NCBI GenBank assembly: GCA_963575745.1
Contig: CAUYUJ010000181.1
Span: 62,001 to 126,000, forward strand
Reading direction: 5' to 3'
DNA: 64,000 bases
Source of the DNA: Prorocentrum cordatum
Taxonomy: Eukaryota
Shown one piece after another: positions 1 through 12,627 of the stretch (positions within the stretch are counted from its first letter, which is position 1; each line of letters opens with the position of its first letter). A model generated the notes under the pieces. It saw nothing but the letters and a program-made list of their open reading frames with translations. It was not told where the DNA came from and searched no databases. A program made the position numbers and the translations under genes.

Positions 1-1075
1 GGCGCAGACGACCCTGCTTTCTCCCGTCGCCCATGTGCCTGTGCACCCTCCATGGCCTGCAGGTGTGCCCGAGGTCGAACACGTGGACGCAGCACTGCAG
101 GAGCATGCGCCTGTCGACCCTGCTCGCCTCCCGCATCTTCATGTCGGTCTCGAACTCTGTGGCCAGCGGCTGGTCGGAGCTCCGCAGCACCCGGGCGGAG
201 AGCTTCTCCACCAGCTCGAAGTGGTGAGACATGTCCGTCGCCAAGATCGCCTCGATTATCTTCGAGCGGAGCGTAGTTGCCGCATCCGACTCTATACTTT
301 CCAGCACGTTCATGCCCGGCAGCCTGAACGTCTGGAAGACCCTGTGGGCGTGCATGTTCTCCAGAGGCGATATGTCGTTGTATGTCATCGCGAGTGAGTG
401 GGAGGTCTTCACCAGGAAGGCATTGTTCGTGCCCATGTGCCCAACGTCGTGGCCCACGCAAGCGATGAGGAGAGCCAATATGTCGTGATAGCTGAAATAC
501 CTGCAGAACTGCCCTTCCGTCAAGGCCACATATGCAAACTGGACTGTGTCGACGGCGTGCCTCCAATCGTGGTATGGGTTGGCATTGTACTGCCTTGCAG
601 ACGCGCCCATCCAACAGCGTAGCACACTCTCCTCGATGTTGTAGCGCTCCAGCAGCCCGAAGGGTGACTTGAAGGCGACCGACAGCAGGGCGACGTCCAG
701 ATCGATGTCGCCCCTGGAACGCTTATCGAAATCAATCGACCTGAGGGTGGCCAAGTCGGAGTCTTCACTGGGTGCACCTCCGCCTCTAGAAGGAGAGAAA
801 ACGTAAACATAAACTATTGGCGCTCCGGCCGTTCCGCAAGGATTTCTTAGATCCGCGCTGGACTCCCCTCCCTGGCGCGCGCAGCGCCTGAGGGGCGGCG
901 CCAGAGGCGCCGCCGGGAGTGGCCCATGCGCAGATCCAAGAAATCCGCGCGGAGCGGCGAAAGTTTATGTTTATGGCGTTTCTTCTTCTTCTTCTTCTTC
1001 TTTTCTTCTCCTTCTTCTTCTTCTTATGATTATTATTGTTATTGTTGTTATTATTATTGTTATTGTTGTTGTTAA

Positions 1076-1116
<41 letters not shown>

Positions 1117-2400
1117 GTAGTAGTATTAGTATTATTATTGTTGTTATTCTTAGTATTATTATTATGGTTATTGTTGTTATTATTAATACGATTATTGCTA
1201 TTGTTGTTATTGTTAGTGTTATTCTTATTACTATTAATATTAATATTATTATTAAACTTAGTATTATTACTATTATTGTTATTACATTATTTCTTCTTCT
1301 TCTTCTTCAAGTCTTCACAGGGCGCACCTCCACCTCGGTATCGCGGTGGGGAGCACGAGGCTTGGCTGGTGCCTCTGCTCCGGATGCCGCCCTGCAGGCC
1401 AGAGTCGTCGAGGGCCTCCAGCGGCAGCCTCCGCCTCGAGTGAGGTCGGGCATGTCCCCCCACAGGCGGATTTTCGGAAGAACAATACGTAAAACTAGTT
1501 GTTTAAAAAGGCCTCAAAATGGCCTCAAAACTAGGAGTCGGTAAAAAAAAGGCCTCAAAAGGCCTCAAAACTAGGATTTTCTGTTAAAAAAGGCCTCAAA
1601 ATGGCCAAAAATAGCCCAAGAATCGTCCCCAGACTATTTTTTCTATCATTTCTGGATATTCGCCCTGTAGAGAGACATGCCCGACTGAAGCCTCGAGGTG
1701 GGCTCCGGCGACGAGACCCGAACAAACGACGAGGTGGCCCAGCTGTCCATCGACTCGTTGTCCCCCCGGTGTCGTGCGGCGCCGCACTTCCGGCAGAAGC
1801 GCGCGTCGGGCATGAAGACGTTGCCGCACTGGGCGCAGGCGGGGTCCTCCTCGAAGGAGGAAGAGGAGGAGGTGGAGGAGGGAGGGGGGAGGAGGAGGAG
1901 GAGGAGGAGGAGGAGGAGGAGGAGGAGGAGGAGGAAGAAGTGATTCTCCTCGAAGGAGATCCCGAACCCAGGCAACACCGAGGCGAAGTCGCGGTCGCAG
2001 CCCCTGAAGAAGGCCTGGCCCGTGTTGACGCGGTGAGAGCAGCGCCCAGACAGGTCCTCCACCGCGCCCAGCAGCTGCTGGTGCCGGGCGGCGCCGAGCG
2101 GCCCGGGCAGCCCCTCGCAGCACTCCCTCAAGAAGTCGCGCAGCACCGCGTACGAGCCCACGTACTTCGGGCTCCCCTCGGGCACGCCGAGGGACGCGGC
2201 GTGGCGCGAGAGCGGCTGGCGCACGCCCTCGTCCGGGGTGGCGGGCGAGCCGTCCGAGAGCGGCGTCTGGCCCGCAGTCCCGCAGGCCCTGCCATCGGCG
2301 GTCGCGCCCGCAGCGCCTCCGCACAGCACGCGACCCGGCAGCCTCCACGGCTCGCTCTGTCGCCGTGGGCTCGCTCTGTCGCCGGGCATCGCCTTCTTGC
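1..2400 (-). CDS. Class I 3',5'-cyclic nucleotide phosphodiesterase, partial and multi-exon (approx. exons ~2400-1949, 1849-1692, 1434-1334, 783-<1); CxxC..CxxC zinc ribbon upstream of the catalytic domain
   Basis: Manual minus-strand translation of 783-1 gives YNANPYHDWRHAVD...HDVGHMGTNNAFLVK...YNDISPLENMH...ILATDMSHHF...HVFDLGHTCRPW, the PDEase_I signature. Exon 1849-1692 encodes CAQCGNVFMPDARFCRKCG. Exons join in frame across GA-AG, GC-AG and GT-AG introns. The 5' end is uncertain and the 3' end is at or beyond the window edge. Not present in the ORF track. Confidence 0.9.
784..1333 (-). other. GT-AG intron of the PDE gene with a 27-bp duplicated boundary; contains a hairpin MITE and a (TTA/TTG)n microsatellite
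   Basis: 760-786 agtcttcactgggtgcacctccgcctc vs 1310-1336 agtcttcacagggcgcacctccacctc (24/27 identical). Removal restores the frame (YRGGGAPSEDSDL). Confidence 0.75.
804..973. mobile_element. MITE-like hairpin element (same family as 16156-16350)
   Basis: TIR taaacataaact (804-815) / agtttatgttta (962-973). The internal ...agatccgcgctggactcccctccctggcgcgcg resembles the reverse complement of the 16.2-16.3 kb element. Confidence 0.65.
1435..1691 (-). mobile_element. Introner-type GC-AG intron: 249-bp TIR element with an 8-bp target-site duplication
   Basis: TSD gcctcgag at 1433-1440 and 1690-1697. TIR gtcgggcatgtc (1445-1456) / gacatgcccgac (1674-1685). Splicing restores EPTSR-RRLPLE. Confidence 0.8.
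1850..1948 (-). other. 99-bp GA-AG intron filled with (GGA)n, with a 13-bp boundary direct repeat
   Basis: ctcctcgaaggag at 1847-1859 and 1946-1958. Removal joins GISFE-EDPACAQC. Confidence 0.7.
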
Positions 2401-2843
2401 GGCGCGGGCGCCCGTGCGGCGTTCCGGGGCGGGGAGCGAGGACGTGGCGGCCTGGGGGGGCGGCGGGCGAGCCCACCAGCGCAGCAGCCTCTGCGGGAGG
2501 GTGCCCTCGACGCGGCCGCTGCCTCACGCCGCCAGCTCCTCTGTCGCGCGGCCGCGCGTCGCCGCGCGAGGTGCCGCGGCGGACGCTTCACAGGAATAGA
2601 GAGGCGGCCCGGCTGCCGAGGTGGAGTGGGCGCAAGCTGACATCTGCCCTCCGCTCGGGCGGTGCCTTGCGGCAGCAGGATCACCCCGTAAACCGCGGGC
2701 TGGAGCCAAAAGGCGAGACGCCGCGTGGAGCGCGCTTGTGCTTCCTGCTCAGGGTGGTTTCAGCCTTCAGCACACGCCAGCCATCAGCGTTTTTGGAGAC
2801 AGAACGTAAAGGGCACGTCCCTGCCACGAAGAAGACAATCCGG

Positions 2844-3815
2844 AATCCCACCAGCCCTCTGGGCGTAGGTGGTCTAGAGCAGATCCTCTTCCACCCCTCC
2901 CTCTTCCCCCTTGGGGAGGGGTTTACCCCTCCCCCTACCCCCTCCCCTGGACCTGGACGGGGGGGGCCGCGGGTAGTTAGAGCGTCCAAGATGGCCCAAG
3001 ACGGCTCCAAGAGCGCCTCAGAGAACCCAAGATGAGCTCCAAGATGGCTCAAGATAGCGCAAGATCGCTCACGATGGCTCCTAAGATGGTTCCAAGAAGC
3101 CCAAAGACGGCCCCAAGATAACTCCAAGTGGCCAAACAGCTCCCCAAGGAGGCCCCGAAGAGGCCAAAATCGTCCCAAAACCTAAGGAAAATCAATGATT
3201 TTTGCTTTCTCGCCTTTTCGCTTCCGATGGCCATCCGAGGCCTGGAGATGGCTCCAAGATGGCCCAAGAGGGCCCCAAGAGAGCCCCAAAAGAGCCCCAA
3301 GACGGCCCCAAGAGCGCCCAAGAGCACTCCAAGAGCGTTCCAAGAGGGGTCCAAGAGGCGATTTTAGGGGCTTCCGAGGGGGGACGCTAATTAAACCCCC
3401 CCTCTTGTTTGATCGACTCCCTCCAAGATGGCCCCAAAAGCGCCCCGAAGGCTCCCCAGAGCGCCTCAAGAGGGTCCCAAGAGGCGCCCAAGATGCCCCA
3501 AGGCGCCCAAAAAGCCCTCCAAGAGGCCCTCAAAAGACCCCCAAGAAGCTCCTTCCCCTCCTCCTCCTCCTCCTCCGATTCTTCCTCCTTCTCCGTCCTC
3601 CTCCTCCTCCTCCTCCTCCTCCTCTTCCCCCTCCTCCTCCTCCTCCGACGACGACGACGACGACGACGACTCCTCTTCCATCCTCCCCCTCTCGGGGTCT
3701 GTGACAGCTTCCCCCGCCCTTTGTTATTCTGCATGCTCCCCGACTTCCCTGATCACCTCAACTCCCCTGAGCATCGTTTCTGGATGGGCTGGTGGGGATA
3801 CGCGAAGCGTCAACA
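2844..3815. repeat. Interspersed repeat with ccaag-rich degenerate interior and inverted ends
   Basis: Left end aatcccaccagccc, right end gggctggtggggat. The left motif aatcccaccag.cctctgggcgt recurs at ~34692 and ~62779. Confidence 0.45.
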
Positions 3816-5888
3816 ATTCGAGACGTCTGGTAGTGAGTGCTCGGAGGGCTTTTCATCAGTCTCGACGCTGGCTGTATGCGCCATCCCTGGCATCGGTGCA
3901 GCTGGAAATGGCTGAACGATGGAGGACGCTGCCCCCCACCCGAAACTGGCAAGCGACAACAACGGGAGCACGCTGAGGGTTGCTGCTCCAAACGCTCCAG
4001 GGCCGTCGACGGCCTCTTCCCGCAGGAAGGCCAAGCCATGCGTCGTGCACGTCTCGATCCTCCCGGCCATCACGGTGCAGACGCCGGGCTTGCCCAGAGC
4101 TGGGAGCTTGTGGACAGCGTGTCGCCGCGGGGCCTCGGCGGCGCGCCGTCCCCTGCCCTCGGACAGCGTGCCGGCCCGCTCCGCGGGGCGGGAGGCTCGG
4201 GAGAGCTCGGGACGTTGAGGCACTGGTGGGGGGGGCCCGGGAGTGGATAGCACGTCGCACCGCAGCGCGGTAGGCCAGCACCGGCGGAGCGGCACGCTGT
4301 CCAGAAGTTCCCGACCGTGTGCCGGGCGCCACCCGGCTCGACCTGGGGGGGGGACGCAGGAGTGCACTTGGAAGAGAAAGCAGGGCGGCCAAGAGCACGA
4401 GACGAGGAGAGACGAGAGCTCGGGCCCTGCTCTAGTGCGCGGGCTCGGCGGTGGGCGGCGTCCCCTTGAAGAAGAAAGCCTGGCAGAGACGGGCCTGAAT
4501 CGACGAAGACGACCTTTCCCCGAAACTTTGCGGGGGGGGCGCAGGAGTCGGCGGCGAGCGAGGGGAGGAACTGAGAAGGCCTTCTCAGAATGCACGGAAG
4601 TCCCCCAGCTTTCCCGGAATACACAAACAAAAGACCCTCTTCTGAGAAGGCCTTCTCCTTCTCACTTCCCCTCCTTGCTCGCCGCCGAATTTGGTTTTTG
4701 TATCATAATTCGGGTCTCCGGCGGCCGTTCGGGACGATCCGGGCACCCCCAGAACGCCTCGGCGAGGCGCAGCTGCTGGCAAGCATCCCGTGGATGGAAG
4801 ACCGCCAGGAAAAGACGAGAACGTCCGAAAACCTCGCTCGCTCGCCGCCGAAGGAGGACGGCGAGGAGGACGATCCTCGCGGCGGGGGCCGGCGGGAGGG
4901 GGGGTTGGATGGGGGCCTGCTGCCGACGGCCGAGGCCAGCTGCAGCTTCAGCTCCGCGTCGCACGCCTGTGGGTCTCGGAGCGGAGGGGGCGGACGGGGA
5001 GGTGCATCCAGCAACGAACGCATCCAGCAACGAACGCAGAGCCTCCTGGAAGTACAGACGCAGAATTGTTACGACATGTGTGGTGCCATGGTGTCTACTT
5101 CCATTCGTAGTTTTCGGCCCGAGCCGCGAGAGAGTTTAAGCGCCAGTTGGGCTTCTCAAGAGCCCAAGGGCCTGCGCTAACACATACTCCTACCATCGCC
5201 TGTTGAAAAAAAGCATCGTGCGCCGATCATCCACAGGAGGGCGAGAATGATGTCATCATACGATTGGCTCAGGATACGTCTTGGGATTTTCCAGGGAGTA
5301 TCTCGCCGCCCTCGTTTCTACAGCCCGTGTGAAGCATGCGAAAGTAAGGGACATCTGGGAAATCTTGGAGCGCATCATTGTCATGACCTCTTGCTCCTCT
5401 GAGGTGGAAAGAGGGGGGTGAAAGCAGGTGGCGGCATCCGAACCCTACCCCCACCAATCATCAATTCTCCAGAATCGTTGATCGGCGAGGGTAGGGTCCA
5501 GATTTCGCCGCCGGCAAAGGCTGGGGAGGAGGGTGTAGGCTTCAGCTCCGATATCTTCCTCCTTTACGCTGAGGCTACCGCGATCGAAGAAGTGGTGGAA
5601 ACAGTGAGGTCCCTGACTGATGGCCACCAACCACCAGTCGAGTGACTTAGGTCTCCGAGACAAAACGGCAAGGAGCTGGATGGTGGTGCCGCCGGAGGGC
5701 GGGGAAGCCTTCTTCCTCCTCCCCCCATGCAATGTGTGTGCATGTGTGTGAGAACGTGGATCGATCTATACATATAGGCATATAGGTGTACATGCATGTG
5801 TGATTGGATCTATGCAAGTGCATACGTGTCCATGTACGCATACACATGTATGGATACATATATACAAATGATACCGGAGAAAAAAAAA

Positions 5889-6494
5889 CCAATCAGATTT
5901 TTGTTAGGGCTATAGGGCTATAGGGCTATTGGGCTATAGGGCTATCCGGCTATCCGGCTATAGGGCTATCGGGCTATAGGGCTATAGGACTGTGACCTAT
6001 AGGGCCATAGGGCTATAGGGCTATGGGGCTATAGAGCTATATGGGCAATGGGGCTATAGGGCTATAGGGATATAAGGCTATTAGAGCTATAGGGATATAA
6101 GGCTATAGGGCTACAGGGCTATAGGGCTATACGGCTATAGGGCTATAGGGCTATAGGGCTACTGGGCTATTGGGCTATTGGGCACCCCCGGGCACCCGGG
6201 CACCCCTGGGCACCCGGGCACCCCCGGGCACACGGGCACCCGGGCACCCGGGCCCGGCCACCGAAATCGGCCACCCGGGCACCCCCGGGCACCCGGGCAC
6301 CCGGCCCCAGCCACCGAATTCGGCCGCCGACCTCACCTCAGCTTTATATCCGCTAGGACCCCTACAGAAGCAAGCTCTGATTGGGGTATATATATATATA
6401 TATATGCATGCATGCATGCATGTATGTGTATGTGTATGTGCAGGTGTAGGTGTAGGTTTAGGTGTATGTGTAGGTGTGTGTGTGTATAGGTGTA

Positions 6495-6561
<67 letters not shown>

Positions 6562-7115
6562 GTGCATGTGTATGGATGTGTTTGTATGTATGTATGTATG
6601 TATGTATGTATGTATGTATGTATGTACGTACGTACGTACGTACGTACGTACGTACGTACGTATGTATGTATGTATGTATGTATGTATGTATGTATGTATG
6701 TATGTGTGTATGTATATATGTATGCAGGCATGCATGCACATTTGTATGCATGCATGCATGTATGAATGCATGTCTGTATGTATGTGTGGTTGCACGTTTA
6801 CATGTACGTACATGTTGTTGTATGCATATATCTATGTATATGTGTAGGTAGATGCATGCATGCATGCATGCATATATGCATGTGTGCATGTATGCATGCA
6901 CGCGTGCATGCATGCATACGTGCGTGTTTGTATGTGTGCATGTAGGTATGCATGCATGGTTGTAGGTAGGTGTGTATGTATGGGCGTATGTGGTATGTCT
7001 GCCTGCCTGTCTGCCTGTCTGCCTGTTTGTTTGTGTGTCCGCATGTATGTATGTATGCAGGCATGCATGTATGTACATATGCACATGCGTATGTGTGCAT
7101 CTATGCACGTGCACA
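5889..7115. repeat. (GGGCTATA)n and (GGGCACCC)n arrays between ccaatcaga/tctgattgg inverted ends, followed by (TATG/TGTA/TACG)n microsatellite
   Basis: Directly visible tandem arrays. The motif ccaccgaa.tcggccg...tccgctaggacc...gcaagc recurs at ~10486-10560. Confidence 0.85.
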
Positions 7116-9809
7116 TTGCTCGATGGCTCGCTCGCAAATGTAGATATACAGAAGATCTGTGTACCATTCCCTCAGGGTTCCGTCTCCTGCACGGGCACGG
7201 GGAGGGCGACCGACAAACAATAAGGGGAACGTGCATACTGAGGACGGAAAGCACGGAAACGAACAGAGTATGGAGGAGGCAGAGAGGCGGGAGAAGGAAC
7301 AGCAGAAGGAAGAGGGACACAGGCGGAAGGAAACTGGGGAGGAGGAGGAGAGGAGGAAGACGCGGACGAGGACAGGGCGACTCCCCCCTCCGTTCCTAAC
7401 TACCCCTCCTCCCCCTCCCCCTCCCACTCCCCCTCCTCAACTCCCCGCCCTGCTGAGTTTCACGCCGCAAATGAGGCATCAACCCTCGACGGTTCTCTTG
7501 CGATACGTGTTGTAGTGTCTCGGACGCTTCCCTCGGCGCTCGGACATCGCATCATTGCCCCCCCCCACTCCTCCTCGTCCTCCTCGCCCTCCTCTCCTCC
7601 TCTTCCCCTCATCCTCCTCGACAATGACTCAATGCGAATACTACTCTCCGACTCCCCCGAAGATGGCCGGGGAATGCCCCCCCTTCCGCGTCATGCTTTC
7701 TTTAATAAAAGACTGCATTTGTTGGTCTTTCCGATGGTCGTTGATCATCGGAACCTTTTGGGTGTCTCACAATGGTGCTCCTGCTGCAGCGTTGGCATAC
7801 TCTTGGGATCGGCAGGTTGCCCCCGTCGTTCATAATGGCGCTCTCGCCCCAACGAGGGCCGCTTTTACGGATCCAAGTGCTTACTCATCGTTGCTGCCCC
7901 GCTCCTTTACCCTCCCCAGCCTAACCCTGCGCACCTTGACCCTCCCGTTTCTCCCACTCCTGCTCCTGCTGCTGCTGTTTCTCCTCGTCATCCTTCTTCC
8001 TCATCCTCCTCGTGCTCATGCTCCTGTCCATCCGCCGCCTTATCCTCCAATTCACGCAGCTCCCAAGAAGCGAATTTCGAACGGATCGGTGGAAGGGGTA
8101 GGATGTCAGATACGGCGCGAGCGCACCTAGCTTGTCCCCCTCCCTTTCCCCTCCCCCTATCCTCCTCGACCTCCTCCATTTCCTCCTCCTCCTCTTCCTC
8201 CTCCCGCTCCCCCTCCCCCTCCCCTCCATCTCCCCCTCCTCCCCCCTTCTCGTCCTCCCCGTCCCCATGCCCTCCTCCTCCCCGTCCCCCTCCTCCTCCC
8301 CTTCCCTCCCTCTCCCCCTGCTCCCCCTCTATAATTACACAATATGAATAACACTCTCCTCTCTCGCCTGATGACGTTCGGGAGATGCCTGGCCCCCCTC
8401 CGCGTATTGTTGTTTACACAAAATGGCTTCCGCTGTTTCTTTCAAAATGTTGCTCCCGCTGAAGCGCTGCCCCCATTTCTGCCCCTCTGGCTGTTTCAAA
8501 TCGTGCTGCCGCTGCAGCGCGGGCGTTTTCGGTCCTTCCGGATCGGCACCAAAATCTTAAAAATGCCCACCCCGAAAAAACCATCGGAATTGATTCTACA
8601 CTCGGTGTCGATTCGTTGATTTTTTTGAGCGTCGTCGTGGAAGCCATGTTGCAAGCAAGGCCAGCGGGTGCTCTCCATCAGCCCCGCCTTTTGTGGAGCT
8701 TTTCGAGGAGCCCAAAGAGCTAGACATGGAGCCACGACTTTAGACCGGCCCAAACCTCTCGAAGACGAGCCTCCAAAGAACCCAGCGCCATGCCATGACA
8801 TGCTGTGCGGTGTTGCGTTCTGCGCCGCTGTGCGATGCCATGCTTTCCGTTGCAATGCTTTGTGATGCAATGCTTCACTGCGCAATGCCACGCCATGCTA
8901 TGGCATGTTACGCTATGCCGTGCTCTTCTACGCCATGCCATTCCGTGCTCTACCATGCATCGCGTACCCTCTCGCGATCTTTGCCCTGCTCGACATCCGA
9001 GTGTGCGAAAAGCGATGTTACCTACGCCATGGTAAGGAATGGGAGGGAGGGGTAGGACGACAGATGACGCGAGCGCACCTAGCTTGCCTTCCCCCTTCCC
9101 TTGCCCCTCCCCCCCCCCATGTCCCCTCCGTTCCCGACAGGGGGTATCTGGAGGAGGAATTTAAAAGAAGAACAGGGGAGAGATCGGGAGAGAATCCCAA
9201 TCAGTGGATTCTTGAATATTTCGCAAGCGCCTCAATCGGCTTTCCTCCCGCCCCAGTCTAATTCGTATACGTTCTAGTCCAGTCTAGCTCTGATATGTTC
9301 CTCCATCTCTCTCTCTCTCTCTCCATCTCTCTCTCTCTCTCTTTCTCTCCGTCTCTTTACATTTGTTTGTTGTTGTTGTTGTTGTATTTTTTTGTCTCTC
9401 TCTTTCTCTCTCTCCTTCTCGGTATGTGTGTATACATACATGTGTATATGTATATAGATACATATCACGCCCGAGTCCCTGTCCAGTCCTGTGCGCGTAT
9501 TCCCTATAACAATATATGTAGACATACCTACACGCATATTCCCTTTGTGTGTCTCTCTCTCTCTCTCTCTCTAACTAATCCGCATCTCTAATCCATGTAT
9601 GTATCATAGTTGTTTGATTGTCTCTCTCTCTCTCTCTCTCTCTTTCTCCCTCCCTCTCTCCATCGGAGGTTTGCGGGGGGGGCTAGATCGCAGTGAAACG
9701 GAGACCCCCCCCCACTGGGAGATCGGTTTCGGATTCACGTTCGTGTCGCGCGTGCGGGCAATGCGAAGCTGCGTGGACGGGCGAGAGATTTGAAGCTGTC
9801 GTTGCCAGG

Positions 9810-10480
9810 GTGAGATCGATCGTGAGATCGATGGTGGAATCGATAGTGAGATTGTGAGGTCTATTGATTGAGATCGATAGTAAGATCGATAGCGAGATCG
9901 ATGGCAAGATCTATAGTGAGATCGACAACGAGATCGCTAGTGGTATCGATTGAGTGGGATCGATTGTGAAATGGATGGTGAGGATGATCATGTGCTCGAT
10001 AGAGAGACGGTGGTGAGATCGATGGAAAGAGATCGACCGTGAGATCGATAGAGAGATCGACAGTAAGCTCGATAGGCAGATTCCAAGTGACATCAATAGT
10101 GAGATCGATTGAATGACATCTACTATGAGATCGATCGTGATATCGATGATGACATCGATAGTGAGACCGATGGTGATAGCGACCGTGAGATCGATCGTGA
10201 GATCGATTATGATATCGTTAGTGTTACCCAATAGTATGATCGACCATGAGATCGATAGTGTGATCGTTAGTGAGATAAATATTGAGATCGGTAGTGAAAT
10301 CGATCGTGAGAACGATAGAATGAGATGGCCGGTGAGATCGATCTTGAAATCGATAATGAGATCGACTGGGAACCCAGGAACCAAAAACTGGAACGCAGGG
10401 AACCACGGGGCCAACCGGAATCGGCCCGGAACCAGCAACCGGGAACCTGGAAACCCGGAACCAGCAACCCAAGAACCGGG
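9810..10480. repeat. Degenerate (GTGAGATCGATA)-type satellite followed by (GGAACC)-type repeats
   Basis: Many gagatcgat units, then gggaacc/ggaacc units. Confidence 0.8.
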
Positions 10481-11199
10481 CCGCCCACCGAAATCGGCCG
10501 GGAACTTCTGCCCAAAGTTTCAATCTCCGCTAGGACCACTTCAGTGCAAGCGCTGTTTAGGGAAAGAGGGAAAGGGGAGGGCGAGGGAGAGAGAGATCGG
10601 GAGAAGGGGGGAGAGGGGAACAGAGGATGGAGGAGGGAGGAGGGAGACGGAGAGCAGGAGGATGATGAGGATGAGAGAGGGGGCCGAAGAGGATGGAGAG
10701 GAGTTAAGAGGAGAAAAAGGACAGCAGTCGAGCCGGAGGCGGGGAGGGGGAGAAGAATGAGGTCAGATCGAAATGACCCCCGGTTCTTCTGGCCGCGCGC
10801 CCCCTCGGCTGCACAGCACCGCTCCTCCTCTGCTTTCTCATCGGCATGCCTCCGACTCCTCCTTCTCGTTCCTCCTCTCCTCCCTGTGCTATTCATCCTC
10901 CAACTTCGCTCCGCCCTCCCCCTCCCTCGTCCCCCCTCTCCGCCGCCCTCCCCCCCCTCCCCGTGCTCCTCCTCACAAGCTCCCCCCTTCCTTCCCCAAT
11001 CCTCTTGCTCCATCCTCCATCGTCCACGCCCTCTGGTCTCCTCGGGACCCATCCCACTCCATCCCCCTACCGCTCCCCGATCTTCCCCGTCCCGTGCCTG
11101 CCACCACCCTTTCCAGAACACCCTACCCCCCCCTTCCAAATCCCCACAGAGGACCCCACTGTCCCTGTCTCTGTCCACCCCCCCTCATCTTGGCCTACG

Positions 11200-11511
11200 C
11201 CGAGCACGAGTGACCCCTGGCAAAAACGACCTCTGCTGCACGGCCTCGAGCGCGGGGGACCCAGCCCGTGCGCTGAAGTCGCTGCTGCCGCATCGCAGTC
11301 GGCGCTCGGAGGACACAGGTGGGCCCGTACCGAAGGCAACTCCGACGAGGGAGCACACCCACTCGAGGAACAACATCAGCAGCAGCAGCATCATCATTAT
11401 CATCACCATCATCATCATCATCATCATCATCATCAGCATCATCATCATCATCATCATCATCATTATCATCATCATCATCCTCATCATCCTCATCATCATC
11501 TTCATCAGCCG

Positions 11512-11552
<41 letters not shown>

Positions 11553-11658
11553 CCAGCATCATCATCATCATCAAAATCCTCATCCTCATCCTCATCCTCA
11601 TCATCATCATCATCTTCATCAGCAGCATCAGCATCAGCATCATCATCATCAGCAGCAG

Positions 11659-11690
<32 letters not shown>

Positions 11691-12545
11691 GCATCATCAT
11701 CATCATCACCTCCCCCTCCGCGAGCGCGGCCTCCAGGGCCCTGCCCTCCGCGTCGGCCCGTGCCAGCAGCGCGGCGGTGTGGCGCACGGCCTGCTCCAGC
11801 GCGCCCGCCTGTGGAGGCGGGGGAGGCGCTGCGCTGCTTCCCCAGCCGACCCGTGCTGCTTGCTCGCGGGCCCTCGTGCTCCTGCCTCGCCTCCTATCGC
11901 CCCCTCCTCGCCACCCTCCTCGGGCCCTCCTCCTCCGCCTCCTCCTCTCCTCCTCCTCCTCCTCCTCCTCCTCCTCCTCCTCCTCCTCCCTCCTACCCTC
12001 CTCCCCCTTCTCCTCCTCCTCCCCCTCCTCCCCATCCTCTTCCTCCTCCTCCTCCTCCTCCTCCTCCTCCTCCTCCTCCTCCTCCTCCTCCTCCCCCTGA
12101 GGCCAGTCCACAGGAAACCTTCCACAAGACACCCAACCCTGAGACCCCAGGACGTCCATGGATTTCTGGCGTGGGAGCGCCGCGCTTTCCGCAGCAAAAC
12201 CCTCGAAACCCAAGAGCCCCAGGGCACCCTGGAGGCAAGCAGGGTGTTTCTTGGCATGGGTCTCCACTGTGTCCCTCGTCCTCGCGCCTCCCCCCGCCGA
12301 GCCCGCCTGTGCTGCTGGGTCTGAGGCCTTTCGATCCGCACCCGCTCCGGCACACCGGGAGCTCAGCGCGCCTCTGCGAGCCTGCTCCGCGGCCGCACAG
12401 TCAGCGCTGCCCTGAACTCCATCGCCCGTGCTGCGCGGAGTATACGACGAAAGGGCCGACCCCTGTGCAGAAGTTGGGCCCTTCGCCAGTGTGTTGTTTG
12501 TGTGCCGTTTTTCTGACGATATCACTTGTTCTCTTATACAGATTC

Positions 12546-12587
<42 letters not shown>

Positions 12588-12595
12588 CTATATAC

Positions 12596-12627
<32 letters not shown>

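Noticed and set aside
1026..1544. Ile/Val/Leu-rich 'membrane protein' ORFs
   Set aside because: Translations of a (TTA/TTG)n microsatellite inside a PDE intron.
3810..5650. GC-rich ORFs as further PDE exons or a separate gene
   Set aside because: Could not be joined in frame and no domain was recognised; left unannotated.
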